NCBI GenBank assembly: GCA_013425405.1
Contig: JACCLF010000023.1
Span: 1 to 49,566 of the forward strand
Direction of reading: 5' to 3'
Source: Candidatus Micrarchaeota archaeon
Lineage (GTDB): Archaea; Micrarchaeota; Micrarchaeia; Burarchaeales; Fermentimicrarchaeaceae
DNA length: 49,566 nt
The notes beneath the pieces were generated by a model. The model was given only the letters and a program-made list of their open reading frames with translations, ran no database searches and was not told the DNA's origin. Of this stretch, positions 36,240 to 45,219 are shown one piece after another. A program made the position numbers and the translations under genes. Position 1 is the first letter of the stretch, and every line of letters starts with the position of its first letter.

Positions 36240-36749
36240 TTGTTATATCTTTACACCGGGGAAGGAGGCGGCAAGACGACTGCTGCCCTGGGGCTTGCTC
36301 TGAGGTCTGTGGGGCACGGGCACAAGGTTGTGGTGATTCAGTTCATGAAAGGCAGGAAGGATATTGGGGAGTACAAAATAGCGAGGAGGCTGCACCCAAA
36401 TTACGAGATTCACCAGTTCGGCAGGGAGGAATTTGTAGATTTGAAGAATCCTGCAAAGGAGGACAGGGAGCTTGCTGAGAATGGTTTGAAGTTTGTAAGA
36501 GAGGTTTTGGGGAGAAGACCAAACCTGCTTGTGCTTGACGAGCTGAACCTTGCGGTCGCCGCGGGGCTTGTGAAAATTGAGGATGTGATGAAACTGCTTG
36601 ATGAGGCTCCAAAGGACATGGTGATAGCAATAACCGGGAGGCAGGCTCCAAAGGAGCTCATCTAGATGGCGGATTTTGTGAATGAGGTGAAGGATATAAA
36701 GCATCCTTACGGGAAGGGCATTCCCGCGCAGGAGGGCATACAGTACTGA
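36240..36749 (+). pseudogene. cobO: Cob(I)alamin adenosyltransferase CobO/BtuR interrupted by in-frame TAG (36663-36665)
   Basis: YTGEGGGKTTAALG, IQFMKG, LDE, ITGR; conserved tail MADFVNEV...KHPY..G...QEGIQY continues after the TAG. Confidence 0.85.
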
Positions 36750-36758
36750 GGTGGAAGA

Positions 36759-37223
36759 ATGAGATGCCCCTACTGCTCTAATGCAAAAACAAATGTGATA
36801 GATTCGCGCGATGTGGGCGAGCTAGAGATTACCAGGAGGAGGAGGCAGTGCAGGAAATGCAAGAAGAGGTTCACTACGTATGAGCGAGTGGAAACAATTG
36901 ATTTGGTTGTGATAAAGAAGGATGGGAGGAGGGAGAAGTTTTACAGGGATAAGCTGCTCGCTGGCGTGCAGAAGGCATGCGAGAAGAGGCCCATAAGTCA
37001 GGAGAAAATTGAGAGTTCGGTTGAGGAAGTTGAAAGGGAGCTCAGAAACATGGAGACACTGGAAGTGGAGAGCAGCAAGATTGGGGGGCTGGTCATGAAG
37101 AAGCTGAAGAGGCTTGATAAGGTTGCTTACATAAGGTTTGCCTCGGTGTATCGCTCCTTTGCGGATATTGAATCGTTTGAGAATGAGCTAAGGGCGATGA
37201 GAAGAAAGCTGAAAAGAAGGTAA
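36759..37223 (+). CDS. nrdR: Transcriptional repressor NrdR
   Basis: MRCPYC, VIDSR, RRRRQC..C..RFTTYE, ATP-cone, VAYIRFASVY. Confidence 0.96.
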   Translation: MRCPYCSNAKTNVIDSRDVGELEITRRRRQCRKCKKRFTTYERVETIDLVVIKKDGRREKFYRDKLLAGVQKACEKRPISQEKIESSVEEVERELRNMETLEVESSKIGGLVMKKLKRLDKVAYIRFASVYRSFADIESFENELRAMRRKLKRR

Positions 37224-37240
37224 ATCCTGAAAACGCAAGG

Positions 37241-37298
37241 TTTAAATAAATCACGATATATAGTATTTAGGCTTCTATTGAACTACTATAGGTTGTGT
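37241..37298 (+). promoter_or_regulatory. nrdJ promoter: TATA box plus two NrdR boxes
   Basis: TTTAAATA 37241-37248; TCACGATATATAGTAT 37251-37266; CTACTATAGGTTGTGT 37283-37298 (32-bp period). Confidence 0.75.
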
Positions 37299-37324
37299 TG
37301 AGCGTATATTATGAAGGTGATGGG

Positions 37325-40300
37325 ATGGAGGGAAAGGCGACGGTTACTCAGATTAAAAAAAGGGAAGGGAAGATTGTTGAGTTTGACAAGAGCAAAATAA
37401 CAAACGCTATTTTCAAGGCTGCAGTCGCAGTTGGAGGGGAGGACAGGGAGACTGCAGAGAAGCTTGCGGATAAGGTTGTTGAAATTGTGAATGAGAATTT
37501 TGCAGGAAAGGTTCCGACAGTTGAGGATGTGCAGGATACTGTTGAGAAGGTGCTCATTGAGAACGGGCACGCCAAAACTGCAAAAGCGTATATTCTCTAC
37601 AGGCAGAAGCGAGCTATTCTCAGGGAGCTGAAGGCCGAGCTGCTCAATGTTCCCGTGGATGAGGTGGACAACAAACTCACTGTGAATGCAATAAAAGTTT
37701 TAGAGAGAAGGTATTTGAAGAAGGATAAGAACGGGAATGTGGTTGAGACTCCCAAGCAGATGTTCAGGAGGGTCGCAAAGGCTATTGCGCTTGTTGATAT
37801 GTTCTACGACAAGAACGTTGACACACTGCAGATGGAGGAGGAGTTTTATAATGCTATGATTAACCTGGAGTTCCTTCCCAATTCTCCAACTCTGATGAAT
37901 GCTGGCACGGAAATAGGACAGCTCTCTGCATGCTTCGTGCTTCCCATTGATGATTCCATCGAGAGCATATTCAATGCGGTGAAAAATACTGCATTGATTC
38001 ACCAGAGTGGAGGGGGCTGCATTTCGGAAGGCTCAAAAGTTTTCACAACGATGTGCGGTATAGAAAATATAGAAATTGTATACGGAAAATGCGCTAAGGA
38101 AAGGCAGCCTTTGAAGGATAAGTCATGCGAATGGATAGATATATCTGATAAAAATATTCATACTCTTGCGTTTAATCCAAACAACAATACATTCTACAAT
38201 GATAAAATAACCAGGATATGGAAATACCTGAAAGTCAATCCTGCATGTAACATTGAGACATCGGGACCGCAGATAATTACAAGCCCATGGCACCCCTTCT
38301 TTGTCTTAACCCCTGAAGGTCTTATTAAAGAGAAAAGGGCTGATGAGTTGCAGGTTCAAGATATTGTTGTTAGAGCTAACGATACCATTCTTCCTGCTTG
38401 GCCATTTGAATCTTATAATAGCATATCTGGCATAAATGTAGATGAAGATATTGCATGGTTGTTGGGCTTCTGGACTGGGGATGGCTCTGTTGGGAATTCG
38501 AAAAATGGTCTACGTTTCCGCTTATTTGACGGTAGAACAGATTGCCTAAAAAAAGCTCAAAGAATATTGGATAAGAAATTTGGGATAAATGTAAAAATCC
38601 AAAAGGATAGCAGAGGCGAGGCGTACAGCTTAACCACAACGAATAAAGATTTCGTCAATAACTGGCTTAGTCTCAATAATGGAATTGTTGGTTCAAAAGA
38701 GGGCAAACTAACTATACCTTCCTTCATTATAAAATCTCCATTGAAGGTTGTTTGCTCATACTTGGCTGGACTCATAGATTCTGATGGTTATGTTGATAAC
38801 AGAAATTCAAGAGTCTCTTTTGCCACTACATCCTATGCGCTAGCAGAGCAGCTTATTTACATCTTGTCTTTACTAACCCTAGACCCAAAAGTTCGAAGAA
38901 GGCTTCCGTATGGGAACGGTAAACGCATTGTTTACGATGTCACCTTTTCAACATGCGAGAGAGCGGGCAAGCTAAAGGAACTTTTATTGCCCTATATGTA
39001 TGATAGTTTTAAGAAGGAAAGACTTACCAATCAAAAAATTTCAAAGGTTGGAAAAGCAAGTTGCCTGCCAATAAAATTTGAGTTCATCGAGCAGTTCCTT
39101 AATGAGCTTGAGATAGGAACTCATTCAACAGCCATACATAAAAAACCCGTGCATATTAGCAATAAAAAGTTCTGGTTACATCGCTTAAGATGGGGGCTTG
39201 GTATTAACAGATTGTATCTCCTTAGAGTCTTGCAAGAACTCTATAAAGTAAGTAAAAACAAGGATAGTAAGGAAAAAATTGCTAATTTAATAAAGGTAGT
39301 GCAAACTTGTGTTGTTGTTAAAAAAATCACGAAGGTTGCTACAACTCGGCCGTTCTATGATTTCACAGTTGAGAAGCATCAGAACTATCTTGCCGGCATA
39401 AATGGATTTTCCGTAGTTCACAACACGGGCTTCTCTTTCTCAAAACTGAGGCCGAAGGGGGATGTGGTGAAGTCAACCGGAGGAATTGCCAGCGGCCCTG
39501 TCTCTTTTATGAGGGTGTTTGATGTTTCAACTGATGTAATAAAGCAAGGGGGAAAAAGGAGAGGAGCCAACATGGGGATGCTCAGAGTGGATCATCCGGA
39601 TATATTGGAGTTTATAACTGCCAAGAGCAGCACACACGCATTGAACAATTTCAACATATCCGTTGCAGTGACTGATAAATTCATGGATGCCGTGGAGAAG
39701 GATGAGGATTATGACTTATTGAATCCCAGGAGTGGAACGCCGGTTGACAAGCTGTCTGCAAAAAAAGTTTTCAAGCTAATAGTGCAGCAGGCATGGAAGA
39801 ACGGCGAGCCCGGGGTGGTTTTCATAGACAAGATAAATGCTGCAAACCCGACTCCTTCCCTGGGGCAGATTGAGAGCACTAATCCATGTATAGCTGGTGA
39901 TTCTCTCGTATCAACTGCAAATGGAATGGAGAGAATGGAAGAACTAGCCAGTGCGGGAGAAGCGGAAGTGTGTGTGGATAACCGAATGCTTGCAATGAGT
40001 GCTGTTTCTAGCGATGGTGAAAGGGCAGTCAGCAGAACAGGAACCTCGCTGAGCCATGTCAGTCGGATATGGATGAGCGGCATGAAAAATACTATGAAGT
40101 TTGTCACAAGGAGCGGTTTGAGTATTGTCGCAACACCAGATCACAGAGTAATGACTACGGAAGGGTGGGTGGAGCTGGGGAAGCTGGTGCCTGGGAGACA
40201 TGGGGTGTTTGTGCAGGGTGGCGGGCTTGACGAAGTTGCAGAAGTCTCGCCGTTTGGAGTGATTCCTGTTTACGACTTGACAGAGCCGAGAACACATTCA

Positions 40301-41344
40301 TTCATAGCAAATGGGATAGTGATTTCAAATTGCGGTGAGCAGCCTCTGCTCTCCTATGAGTCATGCAATCTGGGTTCAATAAACCTCTCAAAAATGGTGA
40401 AAGAGGATGGGGAGATTGAGTGGGAGGGGCTGAGAAAGGTTGTGTGGACCGCAGTGCATTTCCTGGATAATGTGATTGACGCGAACAAGTACCCGATTCC
40501 TGAAATTGAGAAGATGAGCAGGGGGAACAGGAAGATTGGGCTGGGCGTGATGGGATTTGCGGATATGCTTTTCCAGATGGGAATTGCCTACAATTCTGAG
40601 AAGGCTGTTGAAGTTGCTGGGAGTGTCATGAGGTTCATAAACGACGAGAGCAAGAAGGCATCGGAAAAGCTTGCCGAGAAGAGAGGGGCATTCCCGAATT
40701 TTGAGAGAAGCGTTTACAACAAGCCCGGCGCACCCATGCTGAGGAATGCCACAACGACGACAATTGCCCCTACAGGAACATTGAGTATTATTGCTGGATG
40801 CTCCAGCGGTATTGAGCCTCTGTTTGCAATTGCCTATGTGAGAAGGGTGATGGACAACACGGAGCTGCTGGAGGTTCATCCAGTGTTTGAGAGAATTGCA
40901 AGAAAAGATGGGTTTTACAGCCTGGAGCTCATAAGGAAAATTGCCAAGAGCGGGGGAGTGCAGGGTGTTGAGGAAGTTCCCGATAAATGGAAGGAAGTTT
41001 TCGTAATAGCCTATGGGGTTTTGCCTGAGTGGCATGTGAAAATTCAGGCGGCGTTCCAGGAGTACGTAGACAACGCGGTTTCAAAGACGATAAACTTCCC
41101 GGTGGATGCAACCCCTGAGGATGTTGAGAAGGTGTACCTGCTTGCTTACAAGCTCGGGTGCAAGGGCGTAACAGTATACAGGGACAAGAGCAGGGAAGGG
41201 CAAGTGTTGAGCATAGAGGCTTTCAAGGGAGGGAAGAAGAAGGAAATTATTGAGGAAGGGGCTGTGGCGCACCCCAACGGAGTTGATGAAAACGGGGTGA
41301 TTGCTGCTGATTATGCCGGCGGGTGCGAGACCTGCCATGCCTAG
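37325..41344 (+). CDS. nrdJ: Class II (AdoCbl-dependent) ribonucleotide reductase with ATP-cone and two inteins
   Basis: IKKREG ATP-cone, PNSPTLMNAG, LSACF, TNP|CGEQ, TIAPTG, KGVTVYRD, C-terminal CETC; AGGTGA SD. Confidence 0.95.
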   Translation: MEGKATVTQIKKREGKIVEFDKSKITNAIFKAAVAVGGEDRETAEKLADKVVEIVNENFAGKVPTVEDVQDTVEKVLIENGHAKTAKAYILYRQKRAILRELKAELLNVPVDEVDNKLTVNAIKVLERRYLKKDKNGNVVETPKQMFRRVAKAIALVDMFYDKNVDTLQMEEEFYNAMINLEFLPNSPTLMNAGTEIGQLSACFVLPIDDSIESIFNAVKNTALIHQSGGGCISEGSKVFTTMCGIENIEIVYGKCAKERQPLKDKSCEWIDISDKNIHTLAFNPNNNTFYNDKITRIWKYLKVNPACNIETSGPQIITSPWHPFFVLTPEGLIKEKRADELQVQDIVVRANDTILPAWPFESYNSISGINVDEDIAWLLGFWTGDGSVGNSKNGLRFRLFDGRTDCLKKAQRILDKKFGINVKIQKDSRGEAYSLTTTNKDFVNNWLSLNNGIVGSKEGKLTIPSFIIKSPLKVVCSYLAGLIDSDGYVDNRNSRVSFATTSYALAEQLIYILSLLTLDPKVRRRLPYGNGKRIVYDVTFSTCERAGKLKELLLPYMYDSFKKERLTNQKISKVGKASCLPIKFEFIEQFLNELEIGTHSTAIHKKPVHISNKKFWLHRLRWGLGINRLYLLRVLQELYKVSKNKDSKEKIANLIKVVQTCVVVKKITKVATTRPFYDFTVEKHQNYLAGINGFSVVHNTGFSFSKLRPKGDVVKSTGGIASGPVSFMRVFDVSTDVIKQGGKRRGANMGMLRVDHPDILEFITAKSSTHALNNFNISVAVTDKFMDAVEKDEDYDLLNPRSGTPVDKLSAKKVFKLIVQQAWKNGEPGVVFIDKINAANPTPSLGQIESTNPCIAGDSLVSTANGMERMEELASAGEAEVCVDNRMLAMSAVSSDGERAVSRTGTSLSHVSRIWMSGMKNTMKFVTRSGLSIVATPDHRVMTTEGWVELGKLVPGRHGVFVQGGGLDEVAEVSPFGVIPVYDLTEPRTHSFIANGIVISNCGEQPLLSYESCNLGSINLSKMVKEDGEIEWEGLRKVVWTAVHFLDNVIDANKYPIPEIEKMSRGNRKIGLGVMGFADMLFQMGIAYNSEKAVEVAGSVMRFINDESKKASEKLAEKRGAFPNFERSVYNKPGAPMLRNATTTTIAPTGTLSIIAGCSSGIEPLFAIAYVRRVMDNTELLEVHPVFERIARKDGFYSLELIRKIAKSGGVQGVEEVPDKWKEVFVIAYGVLPEWHVKIQAAFQEYVDNAVSKTINFPVDATPEDVEKVYLLAYKLGCKGVTVYRDKSREGQVLSIEAFKGGKKKEIIEEGAVAHPNGVDENGVIAADYAGGCETCHA
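38018..39424 (+). mobile_element. Intein with LAGLIDADG homing endonuclease (469 aa) at the GGG|T site
   Basis: Starts CISEG, ends VVHN before T; LLGFWTGDG and LAGLIDSDG; AT-richer than the extein. Confidence 0.93.
39887..40330 (+). mobile_element. Mini-intein (148 aa) at the NP|C catalytic site
   Basis: Starts CIAGDS, block B TPDH, VYDLT, ends ISN before C. Confidence 0.93.
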
Positions 41345-41352
41345 GTTTTGCG

Positions 41353-42009
41353 ATGGGAACTGAAACTCTTTTCTGGAAAGATCCTTATATGAAGGAGTTT
41401 GAGGCAGGGGTTGTTTCAGCTAATGGGAGGGAGGTTGTGCTTGACAGGACGTGCTTCTTCCCGCAGGGAGGGGGGCAGGTTGGGGATAGTGGTTTTTTGA
41501 ATGATGAGAAGGTTGTTGACACAAGAAAGGATGAAAATTATAATGTAACGCACTTCCTTGAGAGGGAAAGCTCATTCAAAGTTGGAGAGGCTGTAAAAGG
41601 AAAGATAGACTGGGAGAGGAGGTACAGGATAATGAAGCTGCATTCTGCCGCGCATGTTGTGTATTATATTTTGATGGATGTGTTTGGTGAAAAATGCAAA
41701 CTTGCCTCCTCTGGAATTGTGAACGAGAAGAAGGATATAACAGATTACCTTACCGATTCTTCTTTTGAAAGGGAGAAGCTGAAAGTTATTGGGGGCAAGG
41801 CGAACGAGTTGATTAAGAAGGGAGGGGAGATAAGGACTTGGAGCGATGAGCAGAAGCCAAATTACAGGTTCTGGGAGATTGACGGCTTTCCAAAGATGCC
41901 ATGCGGTGGGACGCACCCAAGGAGGCTGGAGGAAATTGGGGAGATAATGGTGCAGAGGGGGAAGAAGCCGGGCGCGGGTAAAGAGAGAATAGAAATTCTG
42001 TTGCGCTAG
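41353..42009 (+). CDS. alaX: AlaX-M type alanyl-tRNA editing protein
   Basis: FFPQGGGQVGD, HSAAH, CGGTH. Confidence 0.9.
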   Translation: MGTETLFWKDPYMKEFEAGVVSANGREVVLDRTCFFPQGGGQVGDSGFLNDEKVVDTRKDENYNVTHFLERESSFKVGEAVKGKIDWERRYRIMKLHSAAHVVYYILMDVFGEKCKLASSGIVNEKKDITDYLTDSSFEREKLKVIGGKANELIKKGGEIRTWSDEQKPNYRFWEIDGFPKMPCGGTHPRRLEEIGEIMVQRGKKPGAGKERIEILLR

Positions 42010-42098
42010 GGATTAAACTTACTAAATTTTATACATTAGCGTCTTACTTTTACCAATTTTTACGGTTTCGTGAGATATATTAAGCCTCCTTTCCCCCC

Positions 42099-42350
42099 TT
42101 ACACATTCCTGTAAACCTCATCCCTTTTTCTAACTCTTTTGAAGTAGATTTTATCGCCTTCGATAAAATAGATAACCCTGAAAATTCCAAATCTCACTCT
42201 GAAGAAGTTGGAGTAGCCCTTAAGCCTTTTGCCAACATAGGGGTTTTGCTTTATTTTAAGTATTATTTTTCTGAGCTGCTCTCTTACGCTCTTGTCCAGT
42301 CTGTCAACATCTTTGCTGAAGTCTGCATCGAAAAAAAGCTCATATGGCAT
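42099..42350 (-). CDS. RelE/ParE family toxin
   Basis: F.KDV..LD...NPYVGKRLKG...RVRFGIFRVIY. Confidence 0.85.
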   Translation of the reverse strand: MPYELFFDADFSKDVDRLDKSVREQLRKIILKIKQNPYVGKRLKGYSNFFRVRFGIFRVIYFIEGDKIYFKRVRKRDEVYRNV

Positions 42351-42354
42351 CGGA

Positions 42355-42615
42355 TCACTTCAGCATTGCCAGCATCTTTTTTTCGCTGATAAGCTTTGCT
42401 TTTCCTTTTTTGACAGCACTTCTCATCTCTTCGAGCTCTTTTGTATCCTGCATATCCTCAATCTCCTCTGCTCTACGCTCCAGTAGGTGGTATCTGTTGT
42501 TCAATTCCAGCACTCCAAGCCTCAGCGCCTCTGTTTTTGTCTTTGCTATCCCTCTCCGCTTTGCTTCCTCTAGAATCTCCTCCATAAGCCCTTTGAACTG
42601 CACGTTCACGTTCAT
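42355..42615 (-). CDS. RHH-like antitoxin
   Basis: Directly upstream of the toxin; GIAKTKTEALRLG; paralog of 44962-45219. Confidence 0.75.
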   Translation of the reverse strand: MNVNVQFKGLMEEILEEAKRRGIAKTKTEALRLGVLELNNRYHLLERRAEEIEDMQDTKELEEMRSAVKKGKAKLISEKKMLAMLK

Positions 42616-42752
42616 ACATACACCTTTTATGTTTTTTATAACTATATTTATGATACTTATAGTATAAAAACGTTTGCATGCCGAATTTTATACGTTCTTT
42701 TACTAATTTTGCAGCTTAGTTAGCGAGATTCAAGATTGCGTTGGCTTAGCAA

Positions 42753-43016
42753 CTATCCGTAAACCTTGTCGTGATGCTCATAGTCAAGCAGCACAACTGT
42801 CTTGCTTGCTTCTTCAATTTTATATGTAAGTACGAAGGAGCCTATCTGGACGCGCCTCAAGCCCTGCATTGGAAATCTAAGCGGCTTGAACTGGTGGGGA
42901 TTCTCAAGAATCTGCTCAACCTTCTTAGCTACCGCCTCAAATGCAACCTTGTCTTTCTTGGTGAGCTTCTTGAACTTCTTGTGAATAGTGGTAGAAAGCT
43001 CCTGCTTGTAGCTCAT
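42753..43016 (-). CDS. RelE/YafQ family toxin
   Basis: ILENP..FKPLR..MQGLRRVQIGSFVL...YEHHDKVY. Confidence 0.85.
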   Translation of the reverse strand: MSYKQELSTTIHKKFKKLTKKDKVAFEAVAKKVEQILENPHQFKPLRFPMQGLRRVQIGSFVLTYKIEEASKTVVLLDYEHHDKVYG

Positions 43017-43249
43017 GCTTTCAACCCGAAGTGCTTTCTGAAGTTGCTCACCCTAATGCGGGGTTCCTTTTCAATCCTCTTCAGTTTTTCCACATACTCT
43101 GGCCTCAGGGCAGGCTCCAGCACCTTCTCCTCATACTCCCTGGCCATAAGCTCTATTGCTTGGGACTTATCGTTTAAGCCATGCTTAGCCTTGACTATCG
43201 CCAGCACCCGATTAGCATGCTCGGAGATGTCTATAACTGCCTGTACCAT
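43013..43249 (-). CDS. DUF2683-like antitoxin
   Basis: MVQAVIDISEHANRVLAIVKAKHGL.DKSQAI...LRPEY; ATGA overlap with the toxin. Confidence 0.8.
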   Translation of the reverse strand: MVQAVIDISEHANRVLAIVKAKHGLNDKSQAIELMAREYEEKVLEPALRPEYVEKLKRIEKEPRIRVSNFRKHFGLKA

Positions 43250-43450
43250 CCAAAACCACCTCACAGGACTTTAACGGTATATATACGAAGGGTTTATATA
43301 TAAATATATACGGTATTAATACGGGATATATACGGCACCTTGAGCTATACCTGCATACCACCGAAAAAAGTCCTATCTAGTTCAGGATTGCCCAAAAGAG
43401 GAACCTCGCGGTTCCCTCCATCCTCCCCTTGCTTCGGCGTGAGAATTAAA

Positions 43451-43957
43451 TTAAGACTCATATCTCGCTGACAAAGTCCCGCTTATAGTTCTTGTTATGT
43501 TTGTATCAAGTTCAGTATATCTCATATATATCCTTCTGTTATAAAACGTTCCAATGCTCCTCTCATTCGGTAGATTACCATCAGCGGTAGTGCAGCTTAT
43601 GCTAAGCCATGGTTTTGTTGTATCATTTGGGTACGATATAACGGCCACCTCGCCGGAGTACATTGTGACGTTATTCCCGTTCCCATACAAGATAATATGC
43701 TCTTTGGCGAAGTCCGGGCTATCGTTCTGTGTGCAACTTACTCCTCTAATGGATATATTATGCCCCGTTCCCTGCCCCAGTTTAAAATGGAGCTTGCCTG
43801 TGCTTGCGCTAAGCTTGGTTCTAATGCATACGAATCCCGGCTTCTGGAAGCTGCATTGAGTTATTGGTCTTGTGGGAGGAGCTTCAAGATAAAAGAGTAG
43901 CAGAAAGCCTATTACTATTATAATGATCATTGCCGCAAGAATTGCCAGATTCTCCAT
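43451..43957 (-). CDS. Pilin-like membrane-anchored protein lacking a class III signal peptide
   Basis: TM helix then CSFQKPGFVC...LGQGTG...GVSCT. Confidence 0.65.
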   Translation of the reverse strand: MENLAILAAMIIIIVIGFLLLFYLEAPPTRPITQCSFQKPGFVCIRTKLSASTGKLHFKLGQGTGHNISIRGVSCTQNDSPDFAKEHIILYGNGNNVTMYSGEVAVISYPNDTTKPWLSISCTTADGNLPNERSIGTFYNRRIYMRYTELDTNITRTISGTLSARYES

Positions 43958-44151
43958 TTTTCGTTCAACGCCCTGCTCAATTCTAATCCTATAGCTCCTG
44001 ACAGAAGTACAATCAAACTTATAAGAATTACTCCAAAAACAAACTCAGTTGTGAACAATATATGTGCAAAGAAATACTGGTAGCCATAACTAACCACAAA
44101 TGGCGCTTTGCTTTTTGCATTTACTGAGGATAGATTTAAGTGCTGCAGCAC
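43927..44151 (-). pseudogene. Hydrophobic gene fragment, possibly the frameshifted 5' part of the pilin-like gene
   Basis: TM segment; one extra A in the A5 run at 43957-43961 would fuse the two frames. Confidence 0.3.
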
Positions 44152-44155
44152 ACGC

Positions 44156-44473
44156 TTATAATTCCGTGTGAATTACTTTGAGGAGCAGACCATCCTTTAT
44201 TTTCTCAAATAGTACAAGGTCCTTATCATGGATTTTCTCCTCTTTAACCAATTTTTCTGGCAATGTGACCACTTTTGAATGACCGACCACCCTTACTCTC
44301 CTGGCTAATGATTTCCTTCTGCCAGTCAGGACTTCCCACCTCAGCATTTCGCTTGAGGGAAAGAAAGTCTCCGAACAATTCTGGCACTTCCATCCTCTAA
44401 TCTTGACCCCCTCGCTTACTTTCACATGTCTTTTTAACTGGCCTTTGCAAATTGCGCATCTTTCCATAAACAT
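44156..44473 (-). CDS. Putative antitoxin: CxxC...CxxC zinc finger fused to an AbrB-like domain
   Basis: CAIC...CQNCSE; RVRVVGHSKVVTLP...DKDLV; TGATG coupling to the upstream gene. Confidence 0.7.
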   Translation of the reverse strand: MFMERCAICKGQLKRHVKVSEGVKIRGWKCQNCSETFFPSSEMLRWEVLTGRRKSLARRVRVVGHSKVVTLPEKLVKEEKIHDKDLVLFEKIKDGLLLKVIHTEL

Positions 44474-44727
44474 CACCTCACAAGTTTTAGATGAATCAAT
44501 ACAATCTCCTTATCAGTTTCAACATAAACCAACTCCCAAACTCCCTTTTTTGTTTTCTTCTCAACTCTTACTTTCTCCTTCGATTCTTTTTCATGTTCTC
44601 CTTTTTCCAAAATCTCTAGAACAAAATCCAAATTTTTTCCATATATGTTGTAAAGTTCATTCTTGAAATGCCCGGTTTCAATCAAATCTTTGTTCTTAAA
44701 TCTCATCTCTTCAGGCATATATCTCAA
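44473..44727 (-). CDS. Putative toxin (DUF4258/BrnT-like RNase fold); start uncertain
   Basis: Small gene preceding the Zn-finger antitoxin; TGHF...ILEKG...ELVYVE...IVLIH. Confidence 0.55.
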   Translation of the reverse strand: MRYMPEEMRFKNKDLIETGHFKNELYNIYGKNLDFVLEILEKGEHEKESKEKVRVEKKTKKGVWELVYVETDKEIVLIHLKLVR

Positions 44728-44733
44728 CTGACT

Positions 44734-44747
44734 AAAGTATATACTTT
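44734..44747. promoter_or_regulatory. Palindrome AAAGTATATACTTT, likely TA operator
   Basis: Perfect 14-bp palindrome just upstream of the toxin-antitoxin pair. Confidence 0.5.
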
Positions 44748-44961
44748 TAGGTATTTATATATCTTTCTATAATTGGCGTACTAAGCGCCTCTAAAGGACA
44801 ACAAAGTCTGTTCCATCTTGGTTTCTTGGACTTCCGACTTCCATAAGAACCTCCTGCGAGTTCTTATCATCTCCTGCAAACATCGCTTCTTTTCAGGAAA
44901 AGTAGCGGAACCGCCGAAAAGCATAAATATATCATTTTGGTATAATTTTGTGGTGATTTAA

Positions 44962-45219
44962 GTGGAAACCGTGGTAAGACTGGAAGGAGTTGTGGAGAAT
45001 GTCCTAGAGCGCCTCATAGAAGAGGGGTATTACAAGACGAAGGCAGAGGCGATACGTGCAGGAATTCTGGAGCTGGGAAGGGAATACGCGCTCATTGGAG
45101 GAAGAGAAGCGAGCCTCGTGTCCAGAAGAATAGAAGAGATGGAGGAAGCGCTGAAGACAGGTAAGAAGAAACTAATTCCCGTAGAAGAAGTTGCAAAAAA
45201 GTCAGGCGTGAAGATATGA
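44962..45219 (+). CDS. RHH-like antitoxin
   Basis: LIEEGYYKTKAEAIRAG; ATGA overlap with the toxin. Confidence 0.78.
   Translation: METVVRLEGVVENVLERLIEEGYYKTKAEAIRAGILELGREYALIGGREASLVSRRIEEMEEALKTGKKKLIPVEEVAKKSGVKI

Noticed and set aside
36663-36665. Genome-wide TAG reassignment (pyrrolysine or alternative code)
   Set aside because: TAG ends ahcY, nrdJ, the ferredoxin, the DHH gene and alaX at their natural C-termini
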